From Paraphysomonas bandaiensis (Eukaryota; Protista; Chrysophyceae), in NCBI GenBank assembly GCA_965644295.1, contig CBFFRP010000123.1:434001-498000 (forward strand): a stretch of 64,000 nucleotides of DNA, in the 5' to 3' direction. Made by a program: the position numbers and the translations under genes. Shown piece by piece: positions 40,756 to 53,471 of this stretch. The notes below the pieces were generated by a model. The model made no database searches, was not told where the DNA came from, and saw nothing but the letters and a program-made list of their open reading frames with translations. Numbering within the stretch: position 1 is the stretch's first letter; every line of letters begins with the position of its first letter.

Positions 40756-42162
40756 TCAATTAGACTTCTTAGTTGTGTCTGCTCTACTGCTGAAGGCCGG
40801 TCGACGAGTGCGCGCATCTGGGGAGGCGACAGAGCTATCATCGTCACTACTATGGGATGATGCTACGATTCCCCGATCGCGAGGCCTATCCATATGGGGA
40901 TCACTGGCGCTCTTATGCACTTTTTTCCGTCTACTAACTTCTGCAATGCCTCGGAGTCGTTCAATATCCTGAGGTGAAAGATCAATACGGCTCCCTGTCC
41001 AAGATACTCGACTGAATCGACTCTTCCTCTTGTTCGGTTTGAAATTGCCTCCGGAAGTGTCAGAGTAAGAATTTTGAACATACATTACCGACCCTACCGT
41101 CTGAATGAGTACACCTATCCACACGTACAAGTTGGGATACGGAGGGGCGTTGAAATGCAGCATTGATACCAGAAGTACTAGTGTCTTGTTCACAGCGTTC
41201 ACCAATTGGCTGGCTAGGGGGCTGAGGTTTATCGAAAGCTCCATAGTTAAATACCGATTAATTTGGGCGGTTACAGTAGTCCCGACTAAAAGCAAGAGTA
41301 CGATCGGGATGCGGAGACCAAATATATCGAATGTCTGTTCTGCATGTATGAGGCGGTCAAGACATGGAGCGAGTCTGTTCCATTGTACAGCGAAGAGAGG
41401 AAGAGAAAGGAAGTGCTGGAAGAATATCTGCTCCTGTACATCAGCACCATATTTTTGGACGACCATACTACCAGTTGGAATCATTATAGCAATCGATAAG
41501 ATGGCAGCAGTTATAAATACTACTCCGTATACCAGGTCAGCGGCGGTTTTACTACTGGATCCAGACTGCTGTGATGATAGCGTAATGAGTATACAACCAA
41601 GAGTGATGATAATGACGCCCATATATTGCCCAAAGCTAAACAGTTTACTAAAAAGTGTTTTGCCAACTACCAGCCCCAACACAAGTTGCAAGTTGCTACA
41701 TACAATTAGTATCGGCATCGGCAAATACTGCACTGCAAATGATTTCAAGAAAAGGAATGAAAAAGACAGCATCACGATTACAAAATGCCAATATAACGGT
41801 ATTTTAGGAGAAAATATATAACTTGTGCCGTTAGGAATTGATACCACAACAATCCAAACATGCAAAAATAGAGCTGATAGCAATGCAGCGCCAGAATCAA
41901 TCCTGAGGAGCATTTCAAACAACACACTGCTGACAGTTCCACTGACCACAACCAATATAATTTTCCCTATTACAGTAGGATTCCAGTAGCTTTGTGAGAC
42001 ATCATCATTACTATCAACAGGAATGGGTTCCAGTGCCTCTGATTTGGGGACCATATCATCCGTTGAATCATCATAAACATCAGAGTGGAAATCTGACTCT
42101 CCGATGAAGTAGAACTCACCTATGTCACGAGGCAATGAAGCCGAACGTCTCCTTTGCAACAT
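40756..42162 (-). CDS. UAA-family nucleotide-sugar transporter (SLC35B4/YEA4-like)
   Basis: About 8-10 hydrophobic helices; PKIPLYWH, LPMPILIV..., E.IFFQHFLSLPLF, NKTLVLLVS motifs. Confidence 0.7.
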   Translation of the reverse strand: MLQRRRSASLPRDIGEFYFIGESDFHSDVYDDSTDDMVPKSEALEPIPVDSNDDVSQSYWNPTVIGKIILVVVSGTVSSVLFEMLLRIDSGAALLSALFLHVWIVVVSIPNGTSYIFSPKIPLYWHFVIVMLSFSFLFLKSFAVQYLPMPILIVCSNLQLVLGLVVGKTLFSKLFSFGQYMGVIIITLGCILITLSSQQSGSSSKTAADLVYGVVFITAAILSIAIMIPTGSMVVQKYGADVQEQIFFQHFLSLPLFAVQWNRLAPCLDRLIHAEQTFDIFGLRIPIVLLLLVGTTVTAQINRYLTMELSINLSPLASQLVNAVNKTLVLLVSMLHFNAPPYPNLYVWIGVLIQTVGSVMYVQNSYSDTSGGNFKPNKRKSRFSRVSWTGSRIDLSPQDIERLRGIAEVSRRKKVHKSASDPHMDRPRDRGIVASSHSSDDDSSVASPDARTRRPAFSSRADTTKKSN

Positions 42163-42381
42163 CAATCCAATAGAAACAATATCTACGGTCGGGTTGTGGC
42201 TTGCAAGGAGGTGAAGGTGTAGTGATGGTGATGTGAAGGGGCACTTGTCTGTGGTATGGTCCCTTCAAAGCCCATATGACTATATGTATACGCAGCCTCT
42301 GCAGCAGTATACGGTATAGTATACCATGCTGTAGTGCACACGTTCTACACATTGTGCCACATGGTATAATCCATATGCTAA

Positions 42382-42459
42382 GGCCACTAATTATGGTGAA
42401 GACAAAAGACAAAATGTCTTTTGTCTTTTTGTTTTCTGTCTTCACCATAATTAGTGGCC
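42382..42459. mobile_element. 78-bp Tourist/PIF-Harbinger-like MITE (near-perfect hairpin)
   Basis: Perfect 23-bp TIR GGCCACTAATTATGGTGAAGACA, flanked by TAA on both sides (42379-81, 42460-62). Inner stem AAAGACAAAA/TTTTGTCTTT. Confidence 0.75.
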
Positions 42460-42783
42460 TAATACAGAATACATTTCGAGTACAGTGTACCGTGTACTCG
42501 AAAAATATCACATCCTATACGTAGTATTACTATCATACCGTCGATAATACCGTCCCACTATACAGTAGCACCAGAAATAAAAAGACAGGAAAGTTAAAGA
42601 AAAGTCTGCATGTCTGTGAAGAGGACTGAAGAGGAAGTGGCCCGTATGATATGATCCATCCCCATCCCCATCCCGCATATCTCTGTCTATGTCATAATTA
42701 CCACTCTGAGTAATATATTCCACCTGCTACCTCTAACTCTCTTATTTATCTCATTGATATAGTCAGAGAAGTCAAGCATAGTG

Positions 42784-45700
42784 ATGAGCGTATCTGATGA
42801 TATTCCCGAGTGGAAGAAGAGGCCACTGACCTCTATATATGACTGGGAAGTCTCTCAACAGACAGACGCTAATGGTGTTACCACATGTTCAGTATCATCT
42901 AAGACTGAACCTGACTCGGAAGTGTTCTCCTGCAAAGTGTCCTCTCAAACGAAATCAGAGTATTATAAGTCTGTAAAGTTTCGTGACTCGGATGTATTCA
43001 TAGTCACATATGCTGAGGTGAGTTCTCACTAATGAGAAATTATTGTTACTTATGTACTCTTCAATGCCAGTGTGGGGATTCTTGGATAGAACGTTGTATA
43101 TTATTGTTGATGCAGAAAGAAGATATAAAGGATTCCTTGACAGGATATATGGATACCAACACCGCCGATTCTAATAGAACGTGTAATAAATTGTATGAAG
43201 AAAACATTTCTGAAAACACGAACCCGAGTGCCCATATATACAATGAATCTGGAGAAGTCGTCTTAAAAGGTGTATCGTCTCCACGGATATTTAGGGCCCC
43301 CGCTGGCGTTTCACTCCTTCCAGGAACTGATGGACAAGAAGTGTCTCCAATACCGGATGGAGTAAAAGTTATATTTGTTACTCGGAATCCATTAGATGCC
43401 TGTGTCTTAAGCTACAATGCGTGTAGTTCAGTCAATGGTAGGTGGCCATTCACAGCGTGGGCAAGTGCATGGACGCAAGGAGCTGTCCCCCAAGGGTCTT
43501 GGTGGGATTTTACCCGTCTGTGGCAGGAAGAAGCGCTTGCAAATCCATCCAAGGTAGCCTTTTTGTGTATGAGAGTATTTTTTAATACAGCTCTGTTCTT
43601 CTTAGGTATTGTGTATGTACTACGAAGATGTGAATGGGCACTCCCACTCTGCTGTGAAACGTATTGCCTCTTTCCTGGATATAAAGTCGGACGATACGTT
43701 TTTGGAAAAGATAATGGATTCATCGATTGAGATCTGCAAACCTCCTACTGAAAATTGGGTGCAGCACTTTGATTCAAATCTCAAAGATGAGTTCGAAAAT
43801 TTATTCCATTCTACATTTGATGGAAAATGCCCTGAGCTCAGATATATAATACATGATGATGAGACATGGGTTGCCTCCAGAACTTACACAAATAAAGAGC
43901 ACTCTGATAAATCAGTTTCTTACACACAGAGCTTTGAGTGTTTAAAATGTAAATGTGCCGGGACACTGCATCTGCCACGTCATAATACCGATGGTAATAT
44001 TGTCGAACAATTTGACATCAATATAGAGTGCAATTGCTCCTGCTGCCAGCCCGATGAGTGCGTATATTCTAACATCAAACGGTGTATTAGTTGTAGCAAG
44101 GAATTCAGGTTATTTCACGATTTGAGAACAAATAAATATAGGTTTGCATGCCCCAGTAAATGCGTGTATAGTTCTCTCTCTCCCCTGACCCATCGATTTA
44201 TCTCTGCCCGTCTACGTTCTGTAAACACTTGCATTCCACCCTGGAATAGAACTCTTCTTCATTCTGCTGTGCAGGCATTAGATGCTAAGTTAGTCTGGGA
44301 TCTTCTTCAAAAAGGAGCTGACCCCTTTTTGACTGACTGTGATGGCATTTCGCCTGTCGATACTGCACATGCAATGCTAAAATATTTCCCTCCCACTGCC
44401 GAAAAGGATTCACTGTTTCATCGGATAATGTTGATAAACGATATTCTTCCATCGCCTAGAGTGCCTCCTAATCTTTCTCATCGTGTTACTCTCTCCGAAA
44501 GCGCATATAGAAGAAATTGTATAGTTGTGCCATCGTCGTTGCATCTACCTTGTGTTTCTGATAGACCCCTCCCAATCCCTGTTTCTCGACGAGTATCATC
44601 AGCCCCAGTTGAAGCATACTCTGTGTCGCCATTTTACTTGTCGGTCCGACCTTCAATTAGAGCAATAGACACTTCATCTGTGGGTGAGGCACTGAGAAGT
44701 GGTAGGCAACCTTTCACTCCACTTACACTTGCTCGACTCGCCCATGGTAGTGCGCTCCTGTCTGACCCAATCGATAATATTCAGGACGACCATGCGCGCT
44801 TTTATATAGACATTTTCACAGATAAAAGTAAGAACGACGATTTGGACTGGAAGCTTTCAGAGCTAATGGCGTCTGTAGTAGATGACCCGGAGGTAATTGA
44901 TGTGGAAAAGCAGTATAGTGGTGCATACTCTGATACTATAGTGGAACTTAATTGCTCAGCATGTATGGATACTCTTTCTGTGGATACCACTGCGTATACA
45001 TGCAGTAAAATGGGATGTGAAGGAGCGCTATGTACAGATTGCTTACGCACATGCGTAAATGTGACTATTAGAAATGCATTGTATGCTGTTCCAGTGATTC
45101 GCTGTCCCGGTCGGTGCCGAGGCCGAATTCCTACGAAAGTATGGCGCGGTGCTTTAAGAGCAATACCCTTTAAAGAAGGCGGCGACATATCGGAAGGGAA
45201 CGCTGAGAGTTATTTGGTAAATATCTATAGCAACAATGCTAATGCACTGTTAACTATGAGATGTGGTGGGTGTGACCAGTCCACTAGTTTATTTATCTCA
45301 GAAATGAACTGCCACAGGATAAGCTATGACATTGAATCCCGCGAACAGAAATTTAAGGAAATCATTGGCAATTGGACAAAAGACTTGCAAGTAGAGTTTT
45401 TACAACTGTGGTTGAAGTATCAAAATGGAATGGTCCCTGCAGACTTATTTATAAGAACAATGTATGATTTACTGATCCAAGATGTTGATACTGCTGAAAA
45501 GAATACACTTAATTTACAAACGAAGCAAGGGATATTATCTGGGGTTGACGACATGTTTGAGCCTATCCTCGAATTAATGACAGATATGGAGCGAAGATTC
45601 TGTGCCCAGCTTGCATTGTTACGGCAATACCCAAAGATTCTAATGCCTTGTTGCCTGCACGAGCACTGCTTTATGTGCAAAGTAGAAGGATTTCATGAAG

Positions 45701-45852
45701 GAATGACTTGTGAGGAAACACAAGAAGAGCAGATAGGAACAGATGTTCAGTACTGCCCGTTCTGTGGAGTTCCCACACTTCGTACGGATGGTTGTGATGA
45801 TATGTTATGTGTGTGTGGAGAAAGCTGGAGGTGGTGTGGCGAAGAATATTGA
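42784..45852 (+). CDS. Degenerate sulfotransferase domain + ankyrin-like repeat + RBR (RING-IBR-RING) E3-ligase-like fusion, 3 exons
   Basis: In-frame introns 43018-43070 and 43554-43605. SULT signatures FRDSDVFIVTY, KVIFVTRNPLDACV, GSWWDF, YEDV..VKRIASFL. Ankyrin LLHSAV..LLQKGADP..DCDGISP. RING1 CSAC..C..C..C..C..CP..C. RING2 YCPFCGVPTLRTDGCDDMLCVCG. Confidence 0.75.
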
Positions 45853-46603
45853 AATATTATAGCAATGCAGGCGATAAGCTATCGTTACTGTTATAAATCG
45901 CAGACCTATTACGTCACTATAAGTTCTGCCATGTAGTTAGTTATAGACAGTCCTTGCATAGAATCCACGCAGAAAATCTTGTAAAAGTGGTGTAATTTTT
46001 CAGAAGTAAATAAATAGACTGAATCGTCGCAGTTTAGTAATATTGTATTCATTGTTTTAATCCCAGGTATATCACTATGCAGTGTGCATTGTAATATTCA
46101 CTCACATGAGATATCCAATGGCGACTGCCTTATAATTTTCTATTTCTACATTGTAGGGTCAGTAGTGGTGCAAAATCACAGTCCCAGTGTAAGTCATCGC
46201 AAAAAAAGACCAAAATGTGCTTCCTCCCCGTAAGTTCATGTTTATGTTAATTTTAATTCGAACCTGGTGTCGTTATGACAAGGACGTCTCGTTGTAGTAC
46301 TACCTGTCCAGTGGAAACTTAAAATTTAAACTGAAGTCGAATAGAGTAGGGACAAGTAAGCTACCAGCCAATCGCTATTTTTCTTCTAATAGCTACCGAA
46401 TATACCAATTCTAATAATCTATTACCGCAAAGTATACAAAGCAAAAAAGTTCATGACTTCATGACACCAGGGCTAGATATTGACGCTGCATTATTACATA
46501 TATAAACAATAACAGCAGTAGTACTTCACACAGCATTGTATGTCACATATATTACCACAAATATTGTTTACAGGACGTTATGCGTTAAATACAAAAAACT
46601 GCA

Positions 46604-49600
46604 CTACTTTTTCTCAACGCTTTCACCATCATCCGTCGTTTCACGAACTTCAGATAATTTAACTTCTCGAAGTGCTTTCGCCTGAGCCCTAAGCTGCGCA
46701 TCCCGTTTCCTTCTCGCCTCTGCATCACGAGCGTTATCAAGCTTTTGTTGTCTGCGCAGGGCTTTCTCCTCAGCAGAAACAGGTTCGTCGGCACCCCTAC
46801 GCAAACTCTTTTCCAAAAGATCGAATGTTTTGAATTTCGAACATTTCTTGTCTATTTTTTCGTTCTGCTCCTCGCTCACACTGATATTATTCACATTCGG
46901 AGATACAATAGATGAATGTCGATCACGTATCATGAACTTATTTGACTTATCAGGTGTTAGGGGAGGGGTTCCTTTAGAAAGAAAAGAGTTGTCCTGAGAG
47001 TGCTGACGGGACTGCCCAGGCTCCTTAGGCGCACTCGAGAGCACTGGCAGTTTGATTCCTTTTTCTATATACTTCTCTGCCATTTTCTGCATATTGTGCT
47101 CCTTTCTACGCAATTGCGCAACGCTAAGACTTTTCTTTTTGACTTTCAATCCCGGTTGCCGATGAATATTCTTCGACTCATCGATTGCATTCTTAGTGCT
47201 CTTGCTAGCTGACGAAGCATGTGAATCCTCTTCTTCCAAGTGCACTGGGGATTCTTCGGCAACAGGATCGTCTGGGTATGTCTCACCCGAAAAATCTAAT
47301 CCAAGAATACGGCTACTCATTTCAATTCTCTTCCTCAATGATGATCTACTAAATTTGGCTTCGTCCGTCGAATTCAATATATTACCGACGTCTTGGGATG
47401 CATTTTCCTGCTTCGCCAATTCTACGATTTCAGCCAGTATCGCATCCAACTCCCTCTCCTCACGTTCTCGAATCGCAGCAATATCAATTGACAGGTCCCA
47501 GTTCGGAGACCTTACCCCCATTGGAGCACTATGAAGGAGAACACCAACCAATAACCCATCAAATGTCCACATTTTGACCAGAAGGTCTGTGGATGAGGTG
47601 AGTATACCCTTCGGAGTTGCAGAGCAGTAAATAATACTTTCCTGATGGCCCTGCACGGCCCAACAAAATTTAACCCCCATGAATGCAATTTGACCTTTCT
47701 TTCCAAGCATGAAAGGAATTGAATTTCCCGTAATTGGCATCATGGCACAACTATGAGTACGATTAACCTTACGCGATGCCAATTTCGTTCTAACTGATTT
47801 CGCCCCATGAACCATCGACATACCTCCCAGCTCCTCTATCACATGATTCAAATTCCACTTCCGCAGATATCCAAGATCGTCTCCAGTGTAGAACATTCGT
47901 GTATCAGCATCCCAAGATATCGCTGTTGCTGCAGATACTGCTCCCCACTTCTTCTCGCTTTCTCGAGCTTCCTGGTCAATCTTGTCTTGCATACTCTCCA
48001 GTGAATGGTCCACATCAATAGTAGAATGTTCAAGCCCCACAGAGTCGTTATCACTTGTACGGGAGGCGTCGTCTCCACCGCTTGAGTAAGGAAAAACCCT
48101 TTGTGGAGGATCACCATTGGCATCTGGTTTACCCAAAGGTTCCATCTCAGCATCAACAGGGTTAAGGTTAAGAAATCCTGTAATCTTATCACCTTTCCAC
48201 TTACAACCCCGGCAACCCCAAATGATGACATTTCCACGGCTATCAGAAGTGGCGATTAGAGGGTATGGGTCTAGAACCACCATTGCCACAATAGTCTCCC
48301 TTTCGTCACACACCTCTAGTTCCATATCGAGCTTCCCAGTGTCAAAGTCCCATATCTTCAGGGGCTGACCGAACGCCCCTGTGGTGATAACTGATCTATC
48401 AGTATTGCATGTACCCATAAATACGAGTTCGGGATGCATGTTGTATATGTCAAAAGTACGTAGTGTGTGACAGTCGTCGAGTTTAGTCTCATCATATAAT
48501 CGAAGCACTCCGTTTACATAGCCTGCGAGGAATCTCCTACTGTCGTTCAGATAGCACAAGCTAATAACCACGGAATGAACATCATTTGGGCAGGACTTCA
48601 TATAAGTGCCGTTGAGAGGGTTGTATACACTAATATTTCCCTGTACATCGCCGATAATAATCTTCCTCTTGCGATTATCCAAGCAGCAGGCGCTAATCTC
48701 CTCCCCACATATGTTATTATGTCTAAAATTACATGTATACCGTTACAAACACATGCGCAGTGCACAATATATACTTACACGAGCATTTTGCTGCCGAGTA
48801 GAAGATCCCATATTATAAGGTTATGATTAGATGCAGTTATAACGGTCAAACTATCGCTGTTCAACGACAGCCATATCACATTCGTAAAATCTGTAGTTTT
48901 CTCGTGGACAACCTTCTTTTGGTCAAAAGAGTGGATACGCCTGGAACCCGCGTATATCCGTGCTTCCCCACCCTCGTTGTTCATCAAAGCAGAAGATGGA
49001 ATATGCTGGTGAAAGAAGCAAGAAAGATGTTCCGCAGGTTCATTATCTGAAGAGGAGTTGTTGAAAAATGTTTGAACGCACTGAAATGTCCGCACATCCC
49101 ATAGCTTGAAAACACCGTCTTCATCCGCCGTTATTACTTCAGGAGAGTTCTCAATACTTTGGCAACCCACCAGAGACGCGTGATGACCTTTCAGCTTATA
49201 GACGAGAGAATTTACGAACGGTGACCACACGAATGTATCGTGATCAAACCCACAACTGAACAGCAGTCTGTAGTCTGTGTTGTAAGACATATCGAATACG
49301 CCCTTACGATGGCCTCGTAACTTGTGAATGACGGTGTTTGTGTAGGTATCCCAAACCCCAATCGTAGTGTCCAAAGATGCGGACATAAGATTATCCAGTT
49401 GGTCTAATGCCAGAAGTTTCATACATATATCAGAGTGACCCGGCATTGTTGCAGCTAGACTCTTATCTGACATATTCCACGAGTATATATTGCCGTTTAT
49501 TGAACCCGAATAGAGTAGCTCATTCGATGACATCCACGCAAGTGACATCTGAGTTTCCGGAGCCATCCATGAGCTATTAACCTGAAAACGCTTGTTGGCA

Positions 49601-50316
49601 ACCTGATAATATGATACAATTTGGAGATCAGAGCACGCTGCAACAACCTGAGACGAATCACGTACGAAGTCGATTGCCAATGGAACAGACTCAGTTTCAA
49701 TAGTTGTTACATGGCGACCGTTGTATAAATGATAGACATCTATTGCCTTTCTATGATCCTCGAGGACAGCAAAACTTCCAAGCGTGGGAAGAGGAAGCAT
49801 GGCTGACACATTATTTCGTCGGAACTGGCGGATGCCAAGGTCAAGGGTCCAAGTACTATCTTGGTATTCTGGAATTGTGGCCATGACAAACTGCTGGTTC
49901 AGTAAGCTCGCCTTTTCAACGGTAAACTTTGTAAATTCTTCCCACTCCATCAATCCATCACCATTCACATCAACTTCCTTGAACAATTCTTGCATATCCG
50001 ACACAAAGTCGCGTTGTTCTTGCGAGTTTTGTGTAAGCCCCTCCCCGTCCAACTCAAGAAGATGTTTCGACATAATATATATGAACTCTGTTCGAGCAAT
50101 AGAGTCCCCACGAGTATAAAATTCATTTCTGATTGCTGACAGAGCAGCAGGGTCCATGCGCATCATGAGATTAAACGTTGCCTGCTCTCTCTCATTTCGC
50201 AGTTTGCTGTATTCAGTTCGAGGAGAATTTTTAAGTGCTTCAATGGCTTGTGCGGCAGCATCTACATCGGCGCTGTTAGTGCCGAGAAGACTTTGAAATT
50301 CTGATACTGTTGCCAT
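46604..50316 (-). CDS. EF-hand + WD40 repeat protein (WDR49/CFAP337-like), 2 exons
   Basis: EF-hand LFKEVDVNGDGLMEWEEFT; WD40 repeats GH...SASLDTTIGVWD, GHRKGV..SCGFDH, GHHASL..KLWD; basic C-terminal tail. Confidence 0.8.
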
Positions 50317-51003
50317 TTTGTCCACTTGAGTTCAGTAACAACACGGTATCTATCTCATTAACGACATAAGAGACATATGCACTGCAGTACAAAACATAAT
50401 AGTGAATTAAAGTTATTCTAATGGAGTTGAGATACTAGTATATTCAAGGGTTTAATAGATGACAATGTGTTGGTTAGTTACGTCTCGTCTCGTCTCGACT
50501 CTGTTGCCATGACCATTGCAGAGTGCAGTGCAGTTGAGAGAGCAGTGGGGATGTATGTATGTGTATGTATATACGCACAGATCCATACAGAGATAGATAT
50601 AATGAAACTGCCAAAGGATAGATGTAGTCTCCTGTATTCCATTGTATTATGAATACAGCAGGAGTACAGCATGTTTAGTCGTACTACAATCCTATCTGAC
50701 ATCAACTACGAGCATACTGCTGTACACAACAGCCCAGTACATAGTGCGTGCTGCTGTACACATACCATATACTCATATACCCCTGTATGACTGTATGCTT
50801 GTATGCCTGTATGCCATACACGATACAAGTGCCGCCTAAACATTGCCTGCAGTCCCAGTCAACTTATCTCGACATCACACGGGTGGCATCGACGCCTATT
50901 AAGACAATATATCACTCTTGTGCATTGTATTCAACATTACTTAGTGCTGCCGTGTTCATGAGCTGCACATAAGGCTGTTATTATACAGTAAGGCCCCTGT
51001 GAT

Positions 51004-53471
51004 ATGAAGTCGAACGTCAGCAGAGATGCCCAGAAATTTAAAGAAAGAACTGGAAGTGATTGGGTAGATAGTAGTTCAGTGCACTATTGTGCGGAGTGTC
51101 ACGGAAAGTTTACGGTTTTAAACCGCAAGCATCACTGCAGGCAATGCGGACAAGTTGTGTGCAAAAGTTGTAGTCCGGAGACGGTTCTGATTGGACAAGA
51201 TAGGGTTCGCGTATGCGCTAGTTGTTTTGACGACAGTTCATTACATGGTGCGGGAAGTACAGCTTCTTTTGAAACAGAAAAATGTATTTTTTGTCGTGGA
51301 ACTGCTAGGGGGACATCTGGATATGTTCTGAAAAAAGATACCGCTCAGAACAACATATCGGTTACCTGGCACCCAAGCTGCATGAAGTGTTCCGCCTGTA
51401 GCAAGGCCTTAGAATTGCGTGATGCCTATATTAACCCTCCACTTGGAAGTATATTACATACTCTAGACGACGTTCATGTACAGTGCTTCTGTCAGGCCCA
51501 CATTGGGCTGGTAAGCTTATCTCCGAATGAGTCTTTCAGGCAACCACTTCAAAATCCCAGGCTATCAGTCGCAGTTAGTAGAGAATCGTCATCTGGTGAA
51601 GGGGGCGAGTTTGATCCCAGTGATATCTCACCACAGGAATGTGTTCGGGTTCAGTATGGTCCCTCCCCTAGCCAGTATTTCTCCCTGTATATACCTGTCG
51701 AGGTGGCGCGCGACTCATCCCTACACACTCCCTCCAACTCTGTCACGTCCCCGACTGCAAGGAGCTTTTCTGTTCCTCTGGTTGTTGTCATTCATGGGGG
51801 GTTCTGGAAATCGCAGTATGGGGTTGATAATAGTTGTATTGAGTCACTTGTTCCCCGCCTTGTTGGGGCAGGCATGGCGGTGTGTATGGTTGAATATCGC
51901 CGAGTGGGAGCATCCTGTCAGGAAGACGAAGGGGGGTATCCCGATACCAATGAAGACATTTTATTAGCCCTGCGTAGGGTTCACGAAGAGTGCTTATCAC
52001 TTAATGAGGATTCGGAGGGTCTTGAAAGGTCAGAGAGCATATCATCGGCTGCCTACCGAACACGTCCTCGCCGTCTCGCCGTGGTTGACACGGAGCGCAC
52101 AGTGATATTGGGACACTCTGCTGGGGGATACCTCGCGCTTTGGACTTGCTGCGAACTGGAGAAGAGAAACCTGCCAATGAAGCCCTCGCTCTGTGTCGCA
52201 ATAGCACCCGTTTGTGACTTTGCTGAGGCTTGCAGGAGAAAGTAAGTCGACCGTGTGGTGAAATGTGTGGAGCGGAGCTTATTCGTATATTTTGCGTTGC
52301 GAGCTGGAGATTAATAATGTTTTCTTTGTTTGATAGGCTGAGTGATGATGGAGATGCCGTTGAGAAATTTATGCGGATGCCATATGATCTCGCATCTCCA
52401 GAGTGCTTGGAGGCGTATGGATCGGCCTGCCCTTCCAAGGCATTACCACTTCAAGTACCGACCATTTTAGCTATAGGTGACGCCGATGTTGATATTCCGC
52501 CGGATATGGTGGAAGATTTTTACTGGTTGGTATTGCGTGCTTAGGTGAATGAAAAGAGTGCACTTGTCTAACTTGACTGTAGGTATGCGAAAAAAGTTGG
52601 CGGCGAAGCGGCTACCAGGGGTGTTCCAATGGCATCATCCGTTGATAGCGGAGAGGATAATATGGGGCGAATGAAGCGAGGTGACACACTCGACAGCATT
52701 CCAGAAACCTCTCCTGTACAATCGCAGGGTGTTAAGAGAGATCGATGTCGTAAGGTCCTTCAACGCAAGACATCCTGTGTAGTGCCCGTGCCACTGAAGT
52801 TCCTAAAAATCCAGGGGGCAAACCACTTCGATGTCGTGAACTCTAGCACGGATGCATGGGCTAGAATATTCGACGAAATGTTTACGCTGATGCCTAATCT
52901 TGCAGATGTCCCTCCGCTAGAATCTCTCCTTTGCCGGATATCCGATGTAGACACCACTACTACTGACATTCATGATGTATCGGGTGCCGAGCAGAAGTCT
53001 CAACAGCGAATTCCTAAAGGGATGCAAGATAATAATAACCAAGTTATAACTACGGTTAAAGGAATGCAAGTTAATAACCAAGTTATAGCTATGGCTGAGG
53101 ACACTGCCGAGAAGGAGCGTGTGGTAGATCGTTGGGCAGACCAAAATGAAATAACTCATCCAGGGTATATGGAGGAACATGATGACGATGACTCCTCCTT
53201 GTCTTCATCGGACGATGATGACATGCCGGTTAAGAGTTCTCCACTGCTAAAAAAACAATCACGTCTCTCGAGAAGCTCCAGGTCAGGATCATCTCCACCG
53301 AGAGCCACAATAGATGATAATATGAAGGCCCGTGTCGTTGGCAATGGTGCACCAGAAGTGACAACTGGAGATCATGAAAATGCGGCAGAATTTTTTTCAT
53401 TTCCTGCTCCGAAAAGTGAAGCTGGTAAGCGAAATTCTTTTAACTTTAGGTTTCGGAGAAATGATTGGTAA
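51004..53471 (+). CDS. FYVE + LIM + alpha/beta-hydrolase fusion protein, 3 exons
   Basis: FYVE WVD..CAEC..RKHHCRQCG..C..C..RVCASC; LIM CIFC..WHPSCMKCSAC..C..H; hydrolase HGGFW, GHSAGG, GDADVDIP, GANHFD. Introns 52242-52336 and 52526-52582 are in frame. Confidence 0.8.

Noticed and set aside
41105-41821. Long antisense ORFs overlapping genes (also 55653-56237, 14583-15122, 21250-21765)
   Set aside because: Shadow ORFs of real genes on the opposite strand, with no motifs.
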